Position numbers and translations under genes: made by a program
Notes under the pieces: model-generated
What the model was told of the DNA's origin: nothing
The model's database searches: none
Seen by the model: the letters and a program-made list of their open reading frames with translations, nothing else
Part shown: positions 9,140 through 19,117 of the stretch, in pieces
Position numbering within the stretch: position 1 is the stretch's first letter
How the letters are laid out: each line of letters begins with the position of its first letter
NCBI RefSeq assembly: GCF_000017945.1
Contig: NC_009776.1
Coordinates: 1,260,001 to 1,292,000, forward strand
Direction of reading: 5' to 3'
From: Ignicoccus hospitalis KIN4/I
Lineage (GTDB): Archaea; Thermoproteota; Thermoprotei_A; Sulfolobales; Ignicoccaceae
Length of the DNA: 32,000 nt

Positions 9140-9526
9140 GTGAGCGCCGTGCCTATCCCCAAGTCCAAGAAGCCCAGCAAGCAGAGGAAGTTCCTCTACA
9201 ACGCTCCCTTGCACTTGAGGCATAAGTTCATGAACGCCCCCCTCAGCAAGGAGCTGAGGGAGAAGTACGGCGTCAAGAGGTTGCCGGTGAGAAAGGGCGA
9301 CACCGTAAAGATCGTCAGAGGGAAGTTCAGGGGCCACGAAGGAACGGTCGCCAAGGTAGACCTAAAGAAAGCGAGGATATACGTAGACGGCGCAACGATA
9401 GAGAACTCGAGGGGCGAGCAGAGGTTCTACCCCATCCACCCTTCGAAAGTGATTATAACCAAGCTAGGTGAGGTCGACAAGGTAAGGCAAAAGATAATAG
9501 AGAGGAGGAAGAAGGAGGTGAAGTAA
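9140..9526 (+). CDS. rpl24: 50S ribosomal protein uL24
   Basis: [72 protein letters not shown]. Confidence 0.96.
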
Positions 9527-9527
9527 A

Positions 9528-10295
9528 GTGGCAAGGGTAGGTGGAGGTAAAAGGCACCTAAAGAGGCTCGCCGCCCCGGCCTTCTGGCCCATTCATAGAA
9601 AGGAGGCCGTCTGGGCGGTAAAGCCCCGGCCGGGTCCCCACCCCATAGAGGAGAGCATACCGCTACTGATACTCGTCAGGGACGTGCTCGGATACGCCGA
9701 GACCTCTAGGGAAGCGAGGAAGTTGATAGCAGAGGGCAGAATAAAGGTTGATGGAAGAGTAAGGAAGGACTACAAGTTCCCCGTAGGCGCCATGGACGTA
9801 ATAGAGATCGTAGGGGCCGACGAGTACTACCGCATGATCCCGTACCCAGTCAAGTACCTAGTACCCATGAGGATAGATGCAGAAGAGGCCAAGAAGAAGA
9901 TCTGTAGAATAGAAAACAAGGTGACAGTTAAGGGCGGTCACGTCCAGTTGAACTTACACGACGGCAGGAACGTGTTGATAAGGGTAGAAGACCCGCGCAA
10001 CCCCGTAGAGGCCCAAGAGTACAAGACCTTGGGCGGCTTACTCATAACGGTGCCCGAGCAAGAGATCTTGGACTACGTCCCCTTCGAGGAGGGAGTAATC
10101 GCAATAGTGAAGTCTGGGAGGAACGTAGGAAGGGTCGGGAGGATAGAGGAAATCGTGAAAGGGATGGGACGGAAGAAGACTCTAGTTAAGATGAGGGACG
10201 TACACGACGAAGTGTTTTACACCGTCGCTGAGTACGTATTCCCAATAGGGAAGGAAGAGCCCTTGATAAAGTTGCCGGAGGGTGCTTGGAAATGA
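9528..10295 (+). CDS. rps4e: 30S ribosomal protein eS4
   Basis: [60 protein letters not shown]... Confidence 0.97.
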   Translation: MARVGGGKRHLKRLAAPAFWPIHRKEAVWAVKPRPGPHPIEESIPLLILVRDVLGYAETSREARKLIAEGRIKVDGRVRKDYKFPVGAMDVIEIVGADEYYRMIPYPVKYLVPMRIDAEEAKKKICRIENKVTVKGGHVQLNLHDGRNVLIRVEDPRNPVEAQEYKTLGGLLITVPEQEILDYVPFEEGVIAIVKSGRNVGRVGRIEEIVKGMGRKKTLVKMRDVHDEVFYTVAEYVFPIGKEEPLIKLPEGAWK

Positions 10296-10882
10296 GCGCG
10301 GAGTTGGAAGTTAAGCGCTTAGAGGTTCCCCTCCCTCCCGAAAGGGTTGAAGAGATACTGAAGAGGTGGGAACAACAGCCTATGCTGAAGCCCAGGTTAG
10401 CCAAAGTGACGGTCAACATCGCCCTGGGCGAGAGCGGCGAACGCTTAGAGAAGGCCTACAACTTGCTAGAGGAGCTAACCGGCCAGAGGCCGGTTAAGCG
10501 CAAAGCCAAGAAGACCATAAGGCAATTCGGAATAAGGAGAGGGGAGAACATAGCAGTCATGGTTACCTTGAGGGGACAAAGAGCTGTGGAATTCCTAAAG
10601 AAGGCCTTAGAGGCTGTCGGGTGGAAGATCAAAGCCTCCAGCTTCGACGAGTTCGGCAACGTAGGCTTCGGCATAAGGGAGCACATACAGATACCCGGCA
10701 CGCGCTACGACCCCAGAGTAGGTATATTCGGCATGGACGTGATTCTGACAATAGAAAGACCCGGCTACAGGGTGGCCAGGAGGAGGAGGGCTAGGTCCAA
10801 GATCCCCCGGAGGCACAGGGTCACCAAAGAGGAGAGTATGGTATTCTTGGCCAAGGAGTTCGGCGTAAAGATCGAGGGTTAA
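10292..10882 (+). CDS. rpl5: 50S ribosomal protein uL5
   Basis: [61 protein letters not shown]...; ATG at 10292 overlaps the eS4 stop. Confidence 0.96.
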   Translation: MSAELEVKRLEVPLPPERVEEILKRWEQQPMLKPRLAKVTVNIALGESGERLEKAYNLLEELTGQRPVKRKAKKTIRQFGIRRGENIAVMVTLRGQRAVEFLKKALEAVGWKIKASSFDEFGNVGFGIREHIQIPGTRYDPRVGIFGMDVILTIERPGYRVARRRRARSKIPRRHRVTKEESMVFLAKEFGVKIEG

Positions 10883-10917
10883 AAAAGAACGCGGGAGCGC
10901 AAGAGGGGGTGTGAAGA

Positions 10918-11082
10918 ATGGCCAAGTTTAGGCCTCCCAAGTATAGGAGGTTTGGGCGTGGAGCAAGGAGATGTCAGAGGTGCGGTAGCCAAGACGCCGT
11001 CATAACTAAGTACGGATTGTACCTCTGTAGGCAATGCTTCCGAGAGGTAGCTCCTACTCTAGGCTTTAAGAAGTACAGGTGA
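10918..11082 (+). CDS. rps14: 30S ribosomal protein uS14 (zinc type), missed by the ORF track
   Basis: Translation [54 protein letters not shown]; CxxC...CxxC. Confidence 0.96.
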   Translation: MAKFRPPKYRRFGRGARRCQRCGSQDAVITKYGLYLCRQCFREVAPTLGFKKYR

Positions 11083-11087
11083 GAGCA

Positions 11088-11489
11088 ATGGTGATGCTCG
11101 ACACTCTCGCGAACGCCCTCACCACAATATACAACAACGAAGTTAGGGGCAACAAAGAAGCAATAATAATGCCCGCTTCCAAGTTGATCGCCAACGTACT
11201 AAGGATAATGCAGAAGGAAGGCTACGTGGGCGAGTTCGAATACATAGACGACGGACGGTGGGGCAAGATAAGGGTGAGGCTGCTGGGCAGGATTAACAAG
11301 TGTGGCGCAATAAAGCCCAGGGTGTCCGTGAGCTACAGAGACCTACTGGTCTTGCCGGAGCACTTGAGGAGGTTCTTGCCGTCCAAGGACGTGGGCATTC
11401 TGATAATAAGCACCTCCCAAGGACTGATGACCCATAAGGAGGCCATACAGAAGAGGGTAGGCGGAATAGCTATCGCATACGTCTATTAA
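11088..11489 (+). CDS. rps8: 30S ribosomal protein uS8
   Basis: [48 protein letters not shown]...[34 protein letters not shown] at 11088 preferred over the track start at 11079. Confidence 0.96.
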   Translation: MVMLDTLANALTTIYNNEVRGNKEAIIMPASKLIANVLRIMQKEGYVGEFEYIDDGRWGKIRVRLLGRINKCGAIKPRVSVSYRDLLVLPEHLRRFLPSKDVGILIISTSQGLMTHKEAIQKRVGGIAIAYVY

Positions 11490-11552
11490 CCTTTTGTTGT
11501 CCCTTCCACACAAAAATCTCCATTCGCTCTTTAGAACCCGGGCTCGAGTGCC

Positions 11553-11936
11553 TTGAGGGTCTTGGACCTCGTAGGGAGAGAGATAGTTTGGTGTCCTCCT
11601 AATAGCACCTTAAAAGAGGTCGTACACAAGATGAGGGCTCACAACGTCGGCAGCGTCTTGATACTTAACGGCGACGAGCTCGTGGGCATTTTCACCGAAA
11701 GGGACCTAGTAAGGGCCTTCGACGAGGGGGCTAAGCCCGAAGACCTTGTCAGCGACTTCATGACGCGTAACCCTATAGTTGTGAACCCGGAGGAAAGCTT
11801 GGAGAGCGCACTACAGAAAATGTTGGCACACGGGATTAGGCACTTGCCCGTAGTGTCGCCAGAAGGCAGAGTCCTAGGAGTGGTGAGCTTGAGAGACGTA
11901 GTAGAGGCCTTACTGGCGCAGCAAACGCCTATCTGA
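11553..11936 (+). CDS. Two-CBS-domain protein
   Basis: TLKEVVHKMRAHNVGSVLILNGDELVGIFTERDLVRA and NPEESLESALQKMLAHGIRHLPVVSPEGRVLGVVSLRDV. Confidence 0.9.
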   Translation: MRVLDLVGREIVWCPPNSTLKEVVHKMRAHNVGSVLILNGDELVGIFTERDLVRAFDEGAKPEDLVSDFMTRNPIVVNPEESLESALQKMLAHGIRHLPVVSPEGRVLGVVSLRDVVEALLAQQTPI

Positions 11937-11968
11937 GCTAAAACCTCGCCCGGCGCGGGCCTCTCGAG

Positions 11969-13903
11969 ATGAAAAAGAAGGCAAGCATGAACTATCTCGA
12001 CGTCGTAGCTTGGATAAGGAAGAACGAAGATCTAATAGGGTCGACAGTCCAAAACGTCTACTACAAGGACGGCCTAATGTGGATGAAGCTGAAGGGAAAG
12101 GGGAGCGGCACTAAGGCGTTGATCGCGGAGCCGGGGAGGAGGATCCACCTAACGCCCTCTCCTCCGGAAGCCCCGGAGAGGCTTCACCCCTTCGCCGGGG
12201 GGCTACGCAAGTTCTTGAAATCCGCCAAGTTGACTTCGATCAAGACCGTAGGTTACGACAGAGTCGTCGAGATGAACTTCTCCAAGGGGGGTGAGGTCTA
12301 CAAACTGATGATAGAGCTGGTGCCCAGAGGGGTTATTGCCCTTCTTGACCCCGAGAACAAAATACTCTACGCCAACGAATACAAAGAGATGAGGGATAGA
12401 TCGATAAAGAGGGGTGAGTTATACAAGCCACCTCCAGGGCCGACCTTCGACCCCTTCAACGACTTGGAGGAGTTAGGAGAAAGGATAAAGAAGGGTAAGG
12501 ACGTAGTCAGGGGGCTGGTAATAGGTCAGAAGGTGCCGGGAGACGTAGCCGAGGAAGTGCTGTTCAGAGCTGGGGTCGCTAAGGACAAAAAGCCCAGCGA
12601 GGTAAGCCTAGAAGAATTGGAAAGGATTAAAGCAAAAATTAGGGAAGTGTACGAAGAGGCGCTGAAAGGGAGGGCATACCTCGTTAGGGCCGAGAGCGAA
12701 CCAGTGGCCTTCGAGCCCTTCGAGCCGCGGCTGTTTATTTCCCAAGGTTATCACGCATCGGAAGGCGACCTAGATCAAATAATAGACGAGTACTTTGCGA
12801 ACGTGAAGAGCGAAGAGCTGGAAGAAACCTTAGAGGAGAGGGTAAGAAAGGAAGTAGAGAAACTGAGGAAAGCTATGGAAGAGCAGCTCCGCTTGGCGGA
12901 AGAGTACAAGAAGCTTTCAGAAAACTACGAGAAGCTCGCCACTCAGTTGGCGGCCAACTACGCTGAAATAGAGGAGGTATTAAAGGACGGCAAGGAATAC
13001 ATTATGAAGTTCGAGGACAAGGAGATCGTGTTGAAACCCGACACGAACCTCGACGAATACATTAGGTCGTTGTTCTCTAAGTCTAAGGAATATGAAAAGA
13101 AGTACAAGAGAGCCCTCAAGGCGTACGAAGAGCTCAAAGAAGAGATGGACAAAGTCGAAGAGAAGGTAAAAGAAGAGATAGCTAAGGAGATAGCTAAGTC
13201 GAGGAGGAGGGAGTGGTACGAGAAGTACCACTGGTTGATAACGAGCTCCGGGCTGTTGGCGATAGGAGGCAAGGACGCGAGCCAGAACGAAGCGGTGGTG
13301 AGGAGGTACTTGGAAGACGACGACATATTCATGCACGCGGAGGTCCAAGGAGCCCCGGCGGTGGTCCTAAAGACTGAAGGAAAGGAGGTGACCGAGAAGG
13401 ACTTGAGGGAGGCCGCTTTCCTGACCGCGTGTTATTCCAAGGCGTGGAAAGAGGGAAGGGGCTCCGTGGACGTCTTCTACGTCAAGGGCTCGCAAGTGAG
13501 CAAGAGTCCTCCTCCCGGACAGTACGTCGCCAAGGGAGCCTTCATAATAAAGGGTAAGAGAGAATACGTCAGAGACGTTCCCTTGAGGCTGGCGCTAGGC
13601 GTGGAAATGGTCGAAGGGGGCCCGCGCGTAATTGTGGGGCCCGAAGAGCTAGTGAGGGAGAGGAGCTTCGCCTACGCCGTCTTGGTCCCTGGGGACGTGG
13701 AGAAGAGGAAGGTCGCCCAGAAGCTGAAGAGGCTCTGGACCAACAAGCTGAAGGAGCCAGAGCTAAAGGGAGCGATAGAGGGGCTCAGAGAAGAGGAAAT
13801 AATGGAAAGGATACCGGGAAAAAGTAAGATAGTAAAGGTAGTTGTCCCAATGAGGAAGCCCGAAAAGTCCGAGGAGGGTGAGGTGAGTGCGGGGCTGGGC
13901 TGA
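11969..13903 (+). CDS. rqcH: NFACT family protein (NEMF/Rqc2/RqcH homolog)
   Basis: NFACT-N-like N-terminus with YDRVVEM, long coiled coil, then KSRRREWYEKYHWLITSSGLLAIGGKDASQNEAVVRRYLEDDDIFMHAEVQGAPAVVLK (NFACT-R). Confidence 0.88.
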   Translation: MKKKASMNYLDVVAWIRKNEDLIGSTVQNVYYKDGLMWMKLKGKGSGTKALIAEPGRRIHLTPSPPEAPERLHPFAGGLRKFLKSAKLTSIKTVGYDRVVEMNFSKGGEVYKLMIELVPRGVIALLDPENKILYANEYKEMRDRSIKRGELYKPPPGPTFDPFNDLEELGERIKKGKDVVRGLVIGQKVPGDVAEEVLFRAGVAKDKKPSEVSLEELERIKAKIREVYEEALKGRAYLVRAESEPVAFEPFEPRLFISQGYHASEGDLDQIIDEYFANVKSEELEETLEERVRKEVEKLRKAMEEQLRLAEEYKKLSENYEKLATQLAANYAEIEEVLKDGKEYIMKFEDKEIVLKPDTNLDEYIRSLFSKSKEYEKKYKRALKAYEELKEEMDKVEEKVKEEIAKEIAKSRRREWYEKYHWLITSSGLLAIGGKDASQNEAVVRRYLEDDDIFMHAEVQGAPAVVLKTEGKEVTEKDLREAAFLTACYSKAWKEGRGSVDVFYVKGSQVSKSPPPGQYVAKGAFIIKGKREYVRDVPLRLALGVEMVEGGPRVIVGPEELVRERSFAYAVLVPGDVEKRKVAQKLKRLWTNKLKEPELKGAIEGLREEEIMERIPGKSKIVKVVVPMRKPEKSEEGEVSAGLG

Positions 13904-13946
13904 GGGAAAATATTATCCTCACGGCCGCTTTCCTTCATGAGGAACC

Positions 13947-15155
13947 TTGAGAGAAGTTTTGGGTACTGCCCTCACGTCGTCTTCCCAGAAAGCCCTATTG
14001 CTCGGTTCGGGAGAGCTCGGCAAAGAGGTAGTTATAGAGCTTCAGAGGCTGGGCGTGGAAGTAGTTGCAGTAGACCGTTACGACCGCGCCCCAGCTATGC
14101 ACGTAGCCCATCGGAGGTACGTAATAGACATGCTAGACTACGACCAAGTGGTCGACGTGGTTCGCAGGGAGCGCCCAGACGTCATAATACCCGAAGTGGA
14201 GGCGATTAACACGGACGCCCTCGTGGACTTGGAAAAGGAAGGTTACTTCGTAGTCCCTAACGCGAGGGCGGTAAAGATAACCATGAACCGGATTGAGCTG
14301 AGGAGGCTAGCGGCAGAAAAGGTAGGGGTTCCCACCACTCGTTACGCGTTCGCCCACAACGAAGACGAGGCCGCAGAAGCTTGCGAGAAAGTCGGCTACC
14401 CGTGCTTGATAAAGCCCGAGATGAGCTCCTCCGGCCACGGACACACCTTAGCCTCTTCGCCGGAGGAGGCCCGGGAGGGATTTAAGAGGGCCTTGAAGGA
14501 GGCCCGGGGCAAGAGCGAGAGGGCCATAGTAGAAGAGTTCGTTGAAATAGATAGGGAACTCACCGCCCTAACGTACAGGCACGACACGGGTAATGGAATA
14601 GAAACAGTCCCCCTTCCCCCAGTAGAACACAAGAGGCCCAAGGGCATCTACTACTATTACGAGTCTTGGCACCCCGCTACCGTCAACGACGAAGTGGTGA
14701 AGAAGGCTAAGGACATAGCAGTAAAGGTGGTAAACGAGTTAGGGGGCTTAGGCATCTTCGGGGTTGAGATATTAGTTACCAAGGACGGGAGGGTACTGTT
14801 CAGCGAGGTCTCTCCCCGCCCTCACGACACCGGCCTGGTCACCTTAGCTAGCATGGAGCTGAGTGAGTTCGCAATTCACGCCCGCGCGGTCCTCGGCCTC
14901 CCCGTCCCTGAGCCCAAGTTACTAACTCCCGCGGCCTCTCGAGTGGTGCTGGCAGAGGAGGCCTTGGAGCCCCCCTGCTTGAAGGGGGTCGGCGAAGCGC
15001 TTAAGGTGAAGGGCGTCCAGCTGAGGTGGTTCGCCAAGCCGCGCAGTTACAAGGAGAGGAGGATGGGAGTGTTACTAGCGACCGGCTCCACGGTGGAGGA
15101 GGCGTTGGAGAGGGTTAGGAGGGCCGCCGGGTTCCTAAAAGTGGTTAAGTGTTAA
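13947..15155 (+). CDS. purT: Formate-dependent phosphoribosylglycinamide formyltransferase
   Basis: LLLGSGELGKEVVIELQRLGVEVVAVDRYDRAPAMHVAHRRYVIDM..., EMSSSGHG, FGVEILVTKDGRVLFSEVSPRPHDTGLVTL; TTG start. Confidence 0.93.
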   Translation: MREVLGTALTSSSQKALLLGSGELGKEVVIELQRLGVEVVAVDRYDRAPAMHVAHRRYVIDMLDYDQVVDVVRRERPDVIIPEVEAINTDALVDLEKEGYFVVPNARAVKITMNRIELRRLAAEKVGVPTTRYAFAHNEDEAAEACEKVGYPCLIKPEMSSSGHGHTLASSPEEAREGFKRALKEARGKSERAIVEEFVEIDRELTALTYRHDTGNGIETVPLPPVEHKRPKGIYYYYESWHPATVNDEVVKKAKDIAVKVVNELGGLGIFGVEILVTKDGRVLFSEVSPRPHDTGLVTLASMELSEFAIHARAVLGLPVPEPKLLTPAASRVVLAEEALEPPCLKGVGEALKVKGVQLRWFAKPRSYKERRMGVLLATGSTVEEALERVRRAAGFLKVVKC

Positions 15156-15179
15156 GGTCCTCCTTTTGGGTTATGAAGT

Positions 15180-15899
15180 TCACCCTTCGCTCGACTTCTT
15201 ATGGAACCTCGCGTATATCATTGCGTGGTCTTTGTCGAAGGGGTCTAAGTGCACTATGTCTAGGATCTCGAAGCCCCTGGACTTCAGCACTCCTATCTCC
15301 CTCTTGAACACCTCCTCCGGGCTCTTGGTGACGTCAACGCTTCTGGCCTTTATTGCCATTAACATGTAGCCTCCATCCTTTAGGAAGAAGTCCGCGTTAT
15401 CGGCGACTATCTCCGCTTGGTTGGGCTGGGCCACGTCCGCGTACAGGCCGTCGACCAGCTCCGCCAAGTGACGGTACTCGCGCGGCTTCCTCGCGTCGCC
15501 CAGTATGGGGAAGATGTTCTTCCTTATTTCGGCCAAGTTTACGAACTCCCTCATAACTCTAGGAGCGAACTCTACGCCGTAGAGCCTTCCCTCTTCACCT
15601 ATAATGTCGGAGATGTGGCTGGGAGTAGTTCCGGTCGCGGCCCCTAGGTAGAGTATGGAGTCGCCGGGCTTTATCGGAAGCTCTTCCAATCCCTTGACCA
15701 AAGCGGCTGCTAACTTTGAACGCTGGACGTTCCACTCGCGGTACTCCTCGCCTTGCCACTGGAAGAGCTTCTCGCCGTAGACTCTGTGCCCGGGCGTCAA
15801 GTTCTTAGTCGCCAAGCGCACGCTGCCATCCTCCAGCTCTACGACGTACACATTCTTGTATTGAGGGTGTTCGTAAACGTTAACGACCTCTATTGGCAT
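15180..15899 (-). CDS. flpA: Fibrillarin-like rRNA/tRNA 2'-O-methyltransferase
   Basis: [70 protein letters not shown]. Confidence 0.96.
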   Translation of the reverse strand: MPIEVVNVYEHPQYKNVYVVELEDGSVRLATKNLTPGHRVYGEKLFQWQGEEYREWNVQRSKLAAALVKGLEELPIKPGDSILYLGAATGTTPSHISDIIGEEGRLYGVEFAPRVMREFVNLAEIRKNIFPILGDARKPREYRHLAELVDGLYADVAQPNQAEIVADNADFFLKDGGYMLMAIKARSVDVTKSPEEVFKREIGVLKSRGFEILDIVHLDPFDKDHAMIYARFHKKSSEG

Positions 15900-15951
15900 G
15901 CCCTTTCTGGCCCCCGCGGAGCTGCCCTCTATGGTATAAAAACTGCGAGGG

Positions 15952-15972
15952 CTCTCGAGAGGAGCTCGAGAG
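15952..15972. repeat. Perfect 8-bp inverted repeat (hairpin)
   Basis: CTCTCGAG-aggag-CTCGAGAG between tRNA-Val and the fibrillarin start/TATA region. Confidence 0.7.
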
Positions 15973-16030
15973 ATAGGCGTCGTAGGGGAACGGCAAGGCT
16001 TGGAGGCTGAGCAAATGCGCGAGGAACGCG

Positions 16031-16107
16031 TGGTGGGGCCGCGGGGATTTGAACCCCGGACTACCGCCGTGTGAGGGCGGCGTCCTTCCGGGCTAGACGA
16101 CGGCCCC
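16031..16107 (-). tRNA. tRNA-Val (anticodon CAC), 3' CCA encoded
   Basis: Minus strand GGGGCCG...CCGCC-CTCACAC-GGCGG...CGGGG-TTCAAAT-CCCCG-CGGCCCC-A-CCA. Confidence 0.93.
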
Positions 16108-16190
16108 GAACCCCGGTCTGCCAGGACCGGGTACCCTTTTAAAGTTTTGCGTTATGTTAATACGCCTTCCCTCAAGGTGAGCACTAGGAG

Positions 16191-17312
16191 ATGAAGGGCT
16201 TGAAGTGGAGTTTGGTGTTCCTCCTAGTATTCTCAGCGGTTTTAAACGCCGCCACGACGGTTAGCGTCTACTGGCTGGACGAGAAGAACAACGTAATGAC
16301 CTTCGTAGACGGGTCGAAGGGCTACTACTCGCTCAAGTTATGTGTCGTGAGCTCCTCGGACGTCAGCGTCCACTTAACCTTAAGGGGCGACGCCTTCGGG
16401 GCCCCGAAGTATTACGAAGCCATCTTGAAGACCCAACGCGGCAAGGCTTGTAAGGACGTCTTACTCTACTTCGGCGAGAGGCCGAGCACGACTGAGAGGT
16501 CCTACGACGTGGTTATAAATGCCAACAACGTGAACGGAATATATGCCGACGTAGAGGTGAACGGAGTAAAACTCGAGAGGCTTGGCTACCTAAGGGTTCT
16601 GAGGCTCGGAGGTTCCGAGCTGACGCGCTGTCTGAAGGTCAACTCCAACGTTACGTACCCCTTCATCGGGGAGCACGTGAAGTTAGCGGTCTCCAACTCT
16701 TGTGGAACCCCGTTGGACGTCACCGTTAAGGTCGACGTTGAGAACTTCGCCGACTTCGACCTCGCTAGCTTCGTCCTAGCGTCCAACGAGAAGAGGGAGA
16801 TAAACGTCACGGTTCCCAAACTCGTGGCAGTAAACTTGCTGGGCCCCTTGGGCGGGCCGGCCGTAGCCGTCCGAGGTCTCTACGTCTCCATCAACGGGAC
16901 TGCACTGTATTACGTCCCAGTGTACGACTACTTCACCTACTACGTTAAGCAGAACGTCAAGTCAGAATGGCGCTCCGGGGGCAGAGCGCTAAAGGCCGTT
17001 GGGCCCGGAGAGGTGGTCACGGGCTGTGCGTCGTTGCCGGAAGTGGTGCCCAGAACTGAGGTTCCCCCGCTGGAAGCCTCCTTAAAGGTTGTGGAGGACT
17101 TGAGTTTCGCCCCGGACGAGGTAGTAGCGAAAAAGAACTTTGTAATAGATAAGTTGCCGTTCAAAGAGTGTGTGAGCTTCGTTACCGAAAAGAGGTGGAA
17201 CACTAAGGGTTACAAACTAGTCTTGGAAGTCTCAGAGGACGTCGAGGTTATGAGAGGAAAAGTCCCGTTGAGGGTGAGCGTCGAACTAAGCCCGGAGCTC
17301 GCCGTACGCTAA
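16191..17312 (+). CDS. Exported/surface protein of unknown function
   Basis: Signal-peptide-like N-terminus MKGLKWSLVFLLVFSAVLNA; beta-rich body; six Cys and three N-x-S/T sequons after the signal. Confidence 0.7.
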   Translation: MKGLKWSLVFLLVFSAVLNAATTVSVYWLDEKNNVMTFVDGSKGYYSLKLCVVSSSDVSVHLTLRGDAFGAPKYYEAILKTQRGKACKDVLLYFGERPSTTERSYDVVINANNVNGIYADVEVNGVKLERLGYLRVLRLGGSELTRCLKVNSNVTYPFIGEHVKLAVSNSCGTPLDVTVKVDVENFADFDLASFVLASNEKREINVTVPKLVAVNLLGPLGGPAVAVRGLYVSINGTALYYVPVYDYFTYYVKQNVKSEWRSGGRALKAVGPGEVVTGCASLPEVVPRTEVPPLEASLKVVEDLSFAPDEVVAKKNFVIDKLPFKECVSFVTEKRWNTKGYKLVLEVSEDVEVMRGKVPLRVSVELSPELAVR

Positions 17313-17345
17313 TTTTTAAACGCGTCTCGTTTTTACTAGCCTGCA

Positions 17346-18617
17346 ATGAAGATATACTACGAGACCTACGGCTGCGCAGTGATGCTCGGCGAAGCCGAGA
17401 GGGTGCTAGAGGAGCTGAAGAGCAAAGGATACGAAGTTGTAGGGAGGCCCGAGGAGGCGGACGCGTCCATAATATTTACTTGCACAGTGAGGTCAGAAAC
17501 CGAACAGAGGATGGCATGGCGCATAAAGGAGCTTTGCAAGGCTAGCAAGAAGTTGATCGTGACTGGCTGCCTCGCCAGCGCCCAACCGGGACTAGTGAAG
17601 ATGGTCTGTCCCAGGGCGTCCATCGTCTCTAACTCTTCGTTACACGAAATTGAGCTTGCCTTAAAGGGGGAGAAGAAGTACCTACTCAAGGGGCAGAGGC
17701 CCAGGGACTGGCTCAAGGGCGTAACGCCCGGCGGCTTTAGGGTAGTAATCCCCATCGCCGACGGCTGCTTGGGCAATTGTACTTTCTGTATAACCAAAGT
17801 GGCCAGGCCGCGGCTTGTAAGCCAAAGGCCAGACTCCATAATCGAATACGCGCTCAAGGGCGTCAAGAGGGGCGCCAAGGAGATCTGGTTGACGGCGCCG
17901 GACGTAGCGGCCTACGGCAAGGAGATCGGTTTAGAATTGCCAGATCTGTTAGAGAAATTGTTGAAAGTCTTGCCGGAAAATGTATACGTCAGGGTAGGCA
18001 TGATGAGTCCAGACACCTTTCGCGAGGTAATGGATAGAACTATAGACGTCATGAGGGATCCAAGAGTCTTCAAGTTCTTTCACTTACCGCTCCAGAGCGC
18101 CAGCGACAAGGTGTTGAGGTTAATGGGAAGGAGGTATACGTACTCGGAGTTTGTAGAGATAGTCAACAAGGTGAGAAAGGCCTTCAACGACCCCACTATA
18201 GCCACTGACGTCATGGTCGGCTTCCCCGGCGAGGAAGAGGACGATTTCGAGTTGACGCTTAAGGCGTTGAGGGAGTTGGCCTTCGAGAGGGTTCACCTAG
18301 CCGCCTATACTCCGAGGCCCCTAACCTTGGGGGCCCGGATGCCCCAAGTAAGGGAGGACGTTAAGTCCAGGCGCGTTAAGAGGGCCATGAACGTGATAGA
18401 GGCCGTAGGCGTTGAGGTTCACAAGAGGTACGTCGGCGGGAAGTTTAAGGCATTTGTGGACGAGTACGACCAGAAGCACGGGACCTTTGTGGCGAGGCTC
18501 TGGAACTACACGCCGGTGGTCCTAAGGGAGGAGAGCTCCTTAGGGGAAGAGATAGTAGTTAAAATTGAAGGCGCCACGTTCTACGACCTAAGGGGTACCG
18601 TTTGGTCAGTAAGCTAG
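17346..18617 (+). CDS. Radical SAM methylthiotransferase, archaeal e-MtaB/CDKAL1-like (ms2t6A37)
   Basis: IYYETYGCAVMLGEAERV, TGCLA, DGCLGNCTFCITKVARP (CxxxCxxC), HLPLQSASDKVLRLMGRRYT, TDVMVGFPGEEEDDFE, C-terminal TRAM-like region. Confidence 0.9.
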   Translation: MKIYYETYGCAVMLGEAERVLEELKSKGYEVVGRPEEADASIIFTCTVRSETEQRMAWRIKELCKASKKLIVTGCLASAQPGLVKMVCPRASIVSNSSLHEIELALKGEKKYLLKGQRPRDWLKGVTPGGFRVVIPIADGCLGNCTFCITKVARPRLVSQRPDSIIEYALKGVKRGAKEIWLTAPDVAAYGKEIGLELPDLLEKLLKVLPENVYVRVGMMSPDTFREVMDRTIDVMRDPRVFKFFHLPLQSASDKVLRLMGRRYTYSEFVEIVNKVRKAFNDPTIATDVMVGFPGEEEDDFELTLKALRELAFERVHLAAYTPRPLTLGARMPQVREDVKSRRVKRAMNVIEAVGVEVHKRYVGGKFKAFVDEYDQKHGTFVARLWNYTPVVLREESSLGEEIVVKIEGATFYDLRGTVWSVS

Positions 18618-19117
18618 CGGCTTGGGCGATAGCGCATTTCATAGTGGTAGCATTCATAATAGTTCACGTTACGTGTCGGACGAACGCGTACGTACTCAGA
18701 ACACACTTGTTAGAGTTAGCCCCGCTCGCGCTCCTATCTCTCCTCATTCCGAGACGATATAAGGACTACTATTTCGTATTCCTGCTCTACTACTTCTTAA
18801 CGACCTCATTAACATTCAATAATTGGATCGTCGCTCTGCCGAACTACATGGCGAGAGAAAACGTAGTGTGGGGCCTTACTGCGCTCGCGTTTGCGTTCAT
18901 ATCTCTCGTTTTCGGTAGGAGCTTAAGAAAGGCGCTTATGTTGGGCTCCTTCCTCTCGGGCGTAGCTTACTACTTTATCAAGGACGGTTTGTTATTAGTA
19001 TTACACTTATCGTTCGCGCTTTCTTTTATCATAGCGCTCTTTGCTGACCTCCACTTTATTGTCTGGTCGGTTAATTATATCACCTACGCGCTCAGACGCC
19101 TCCAGGGAACTGTATGA
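18602..19117 (+). CDS. Small polytopic membrane protein of unknown function
   Basis: 171 aa with multiple hydrophobic segments; overlaps the 3' end of the upstream gene by 16 nt and the start of the downstream gene (ATGA). Confidence 0.65.
   Translation: MVSKLAAWAIAHFIVVAFIIVHVTCRTNAYVLRTHLLELAPLALLSLLIPRRYKDYYFVFLLYYFLTTSLTFNNWIVALPNYMARENVVWGLTALAFAFISLVFGRSLRKALMLGSFLSGVAYYFIKDGLLLVLHLSFALSFIIALFADLHFIVWSVNYITYALRRLQGTV

Noticed and set aside
12958-13348. Antisense ORFs over the NFACT coiled coil
   Set aside because: Shadow translations of a Lys/Glu-rich coding region.
13937-14209. 90-aa ORF starting with ATG at 13937
   Set aside because: Different frame from purT; purT (TTG at 13947) has clear conservation.
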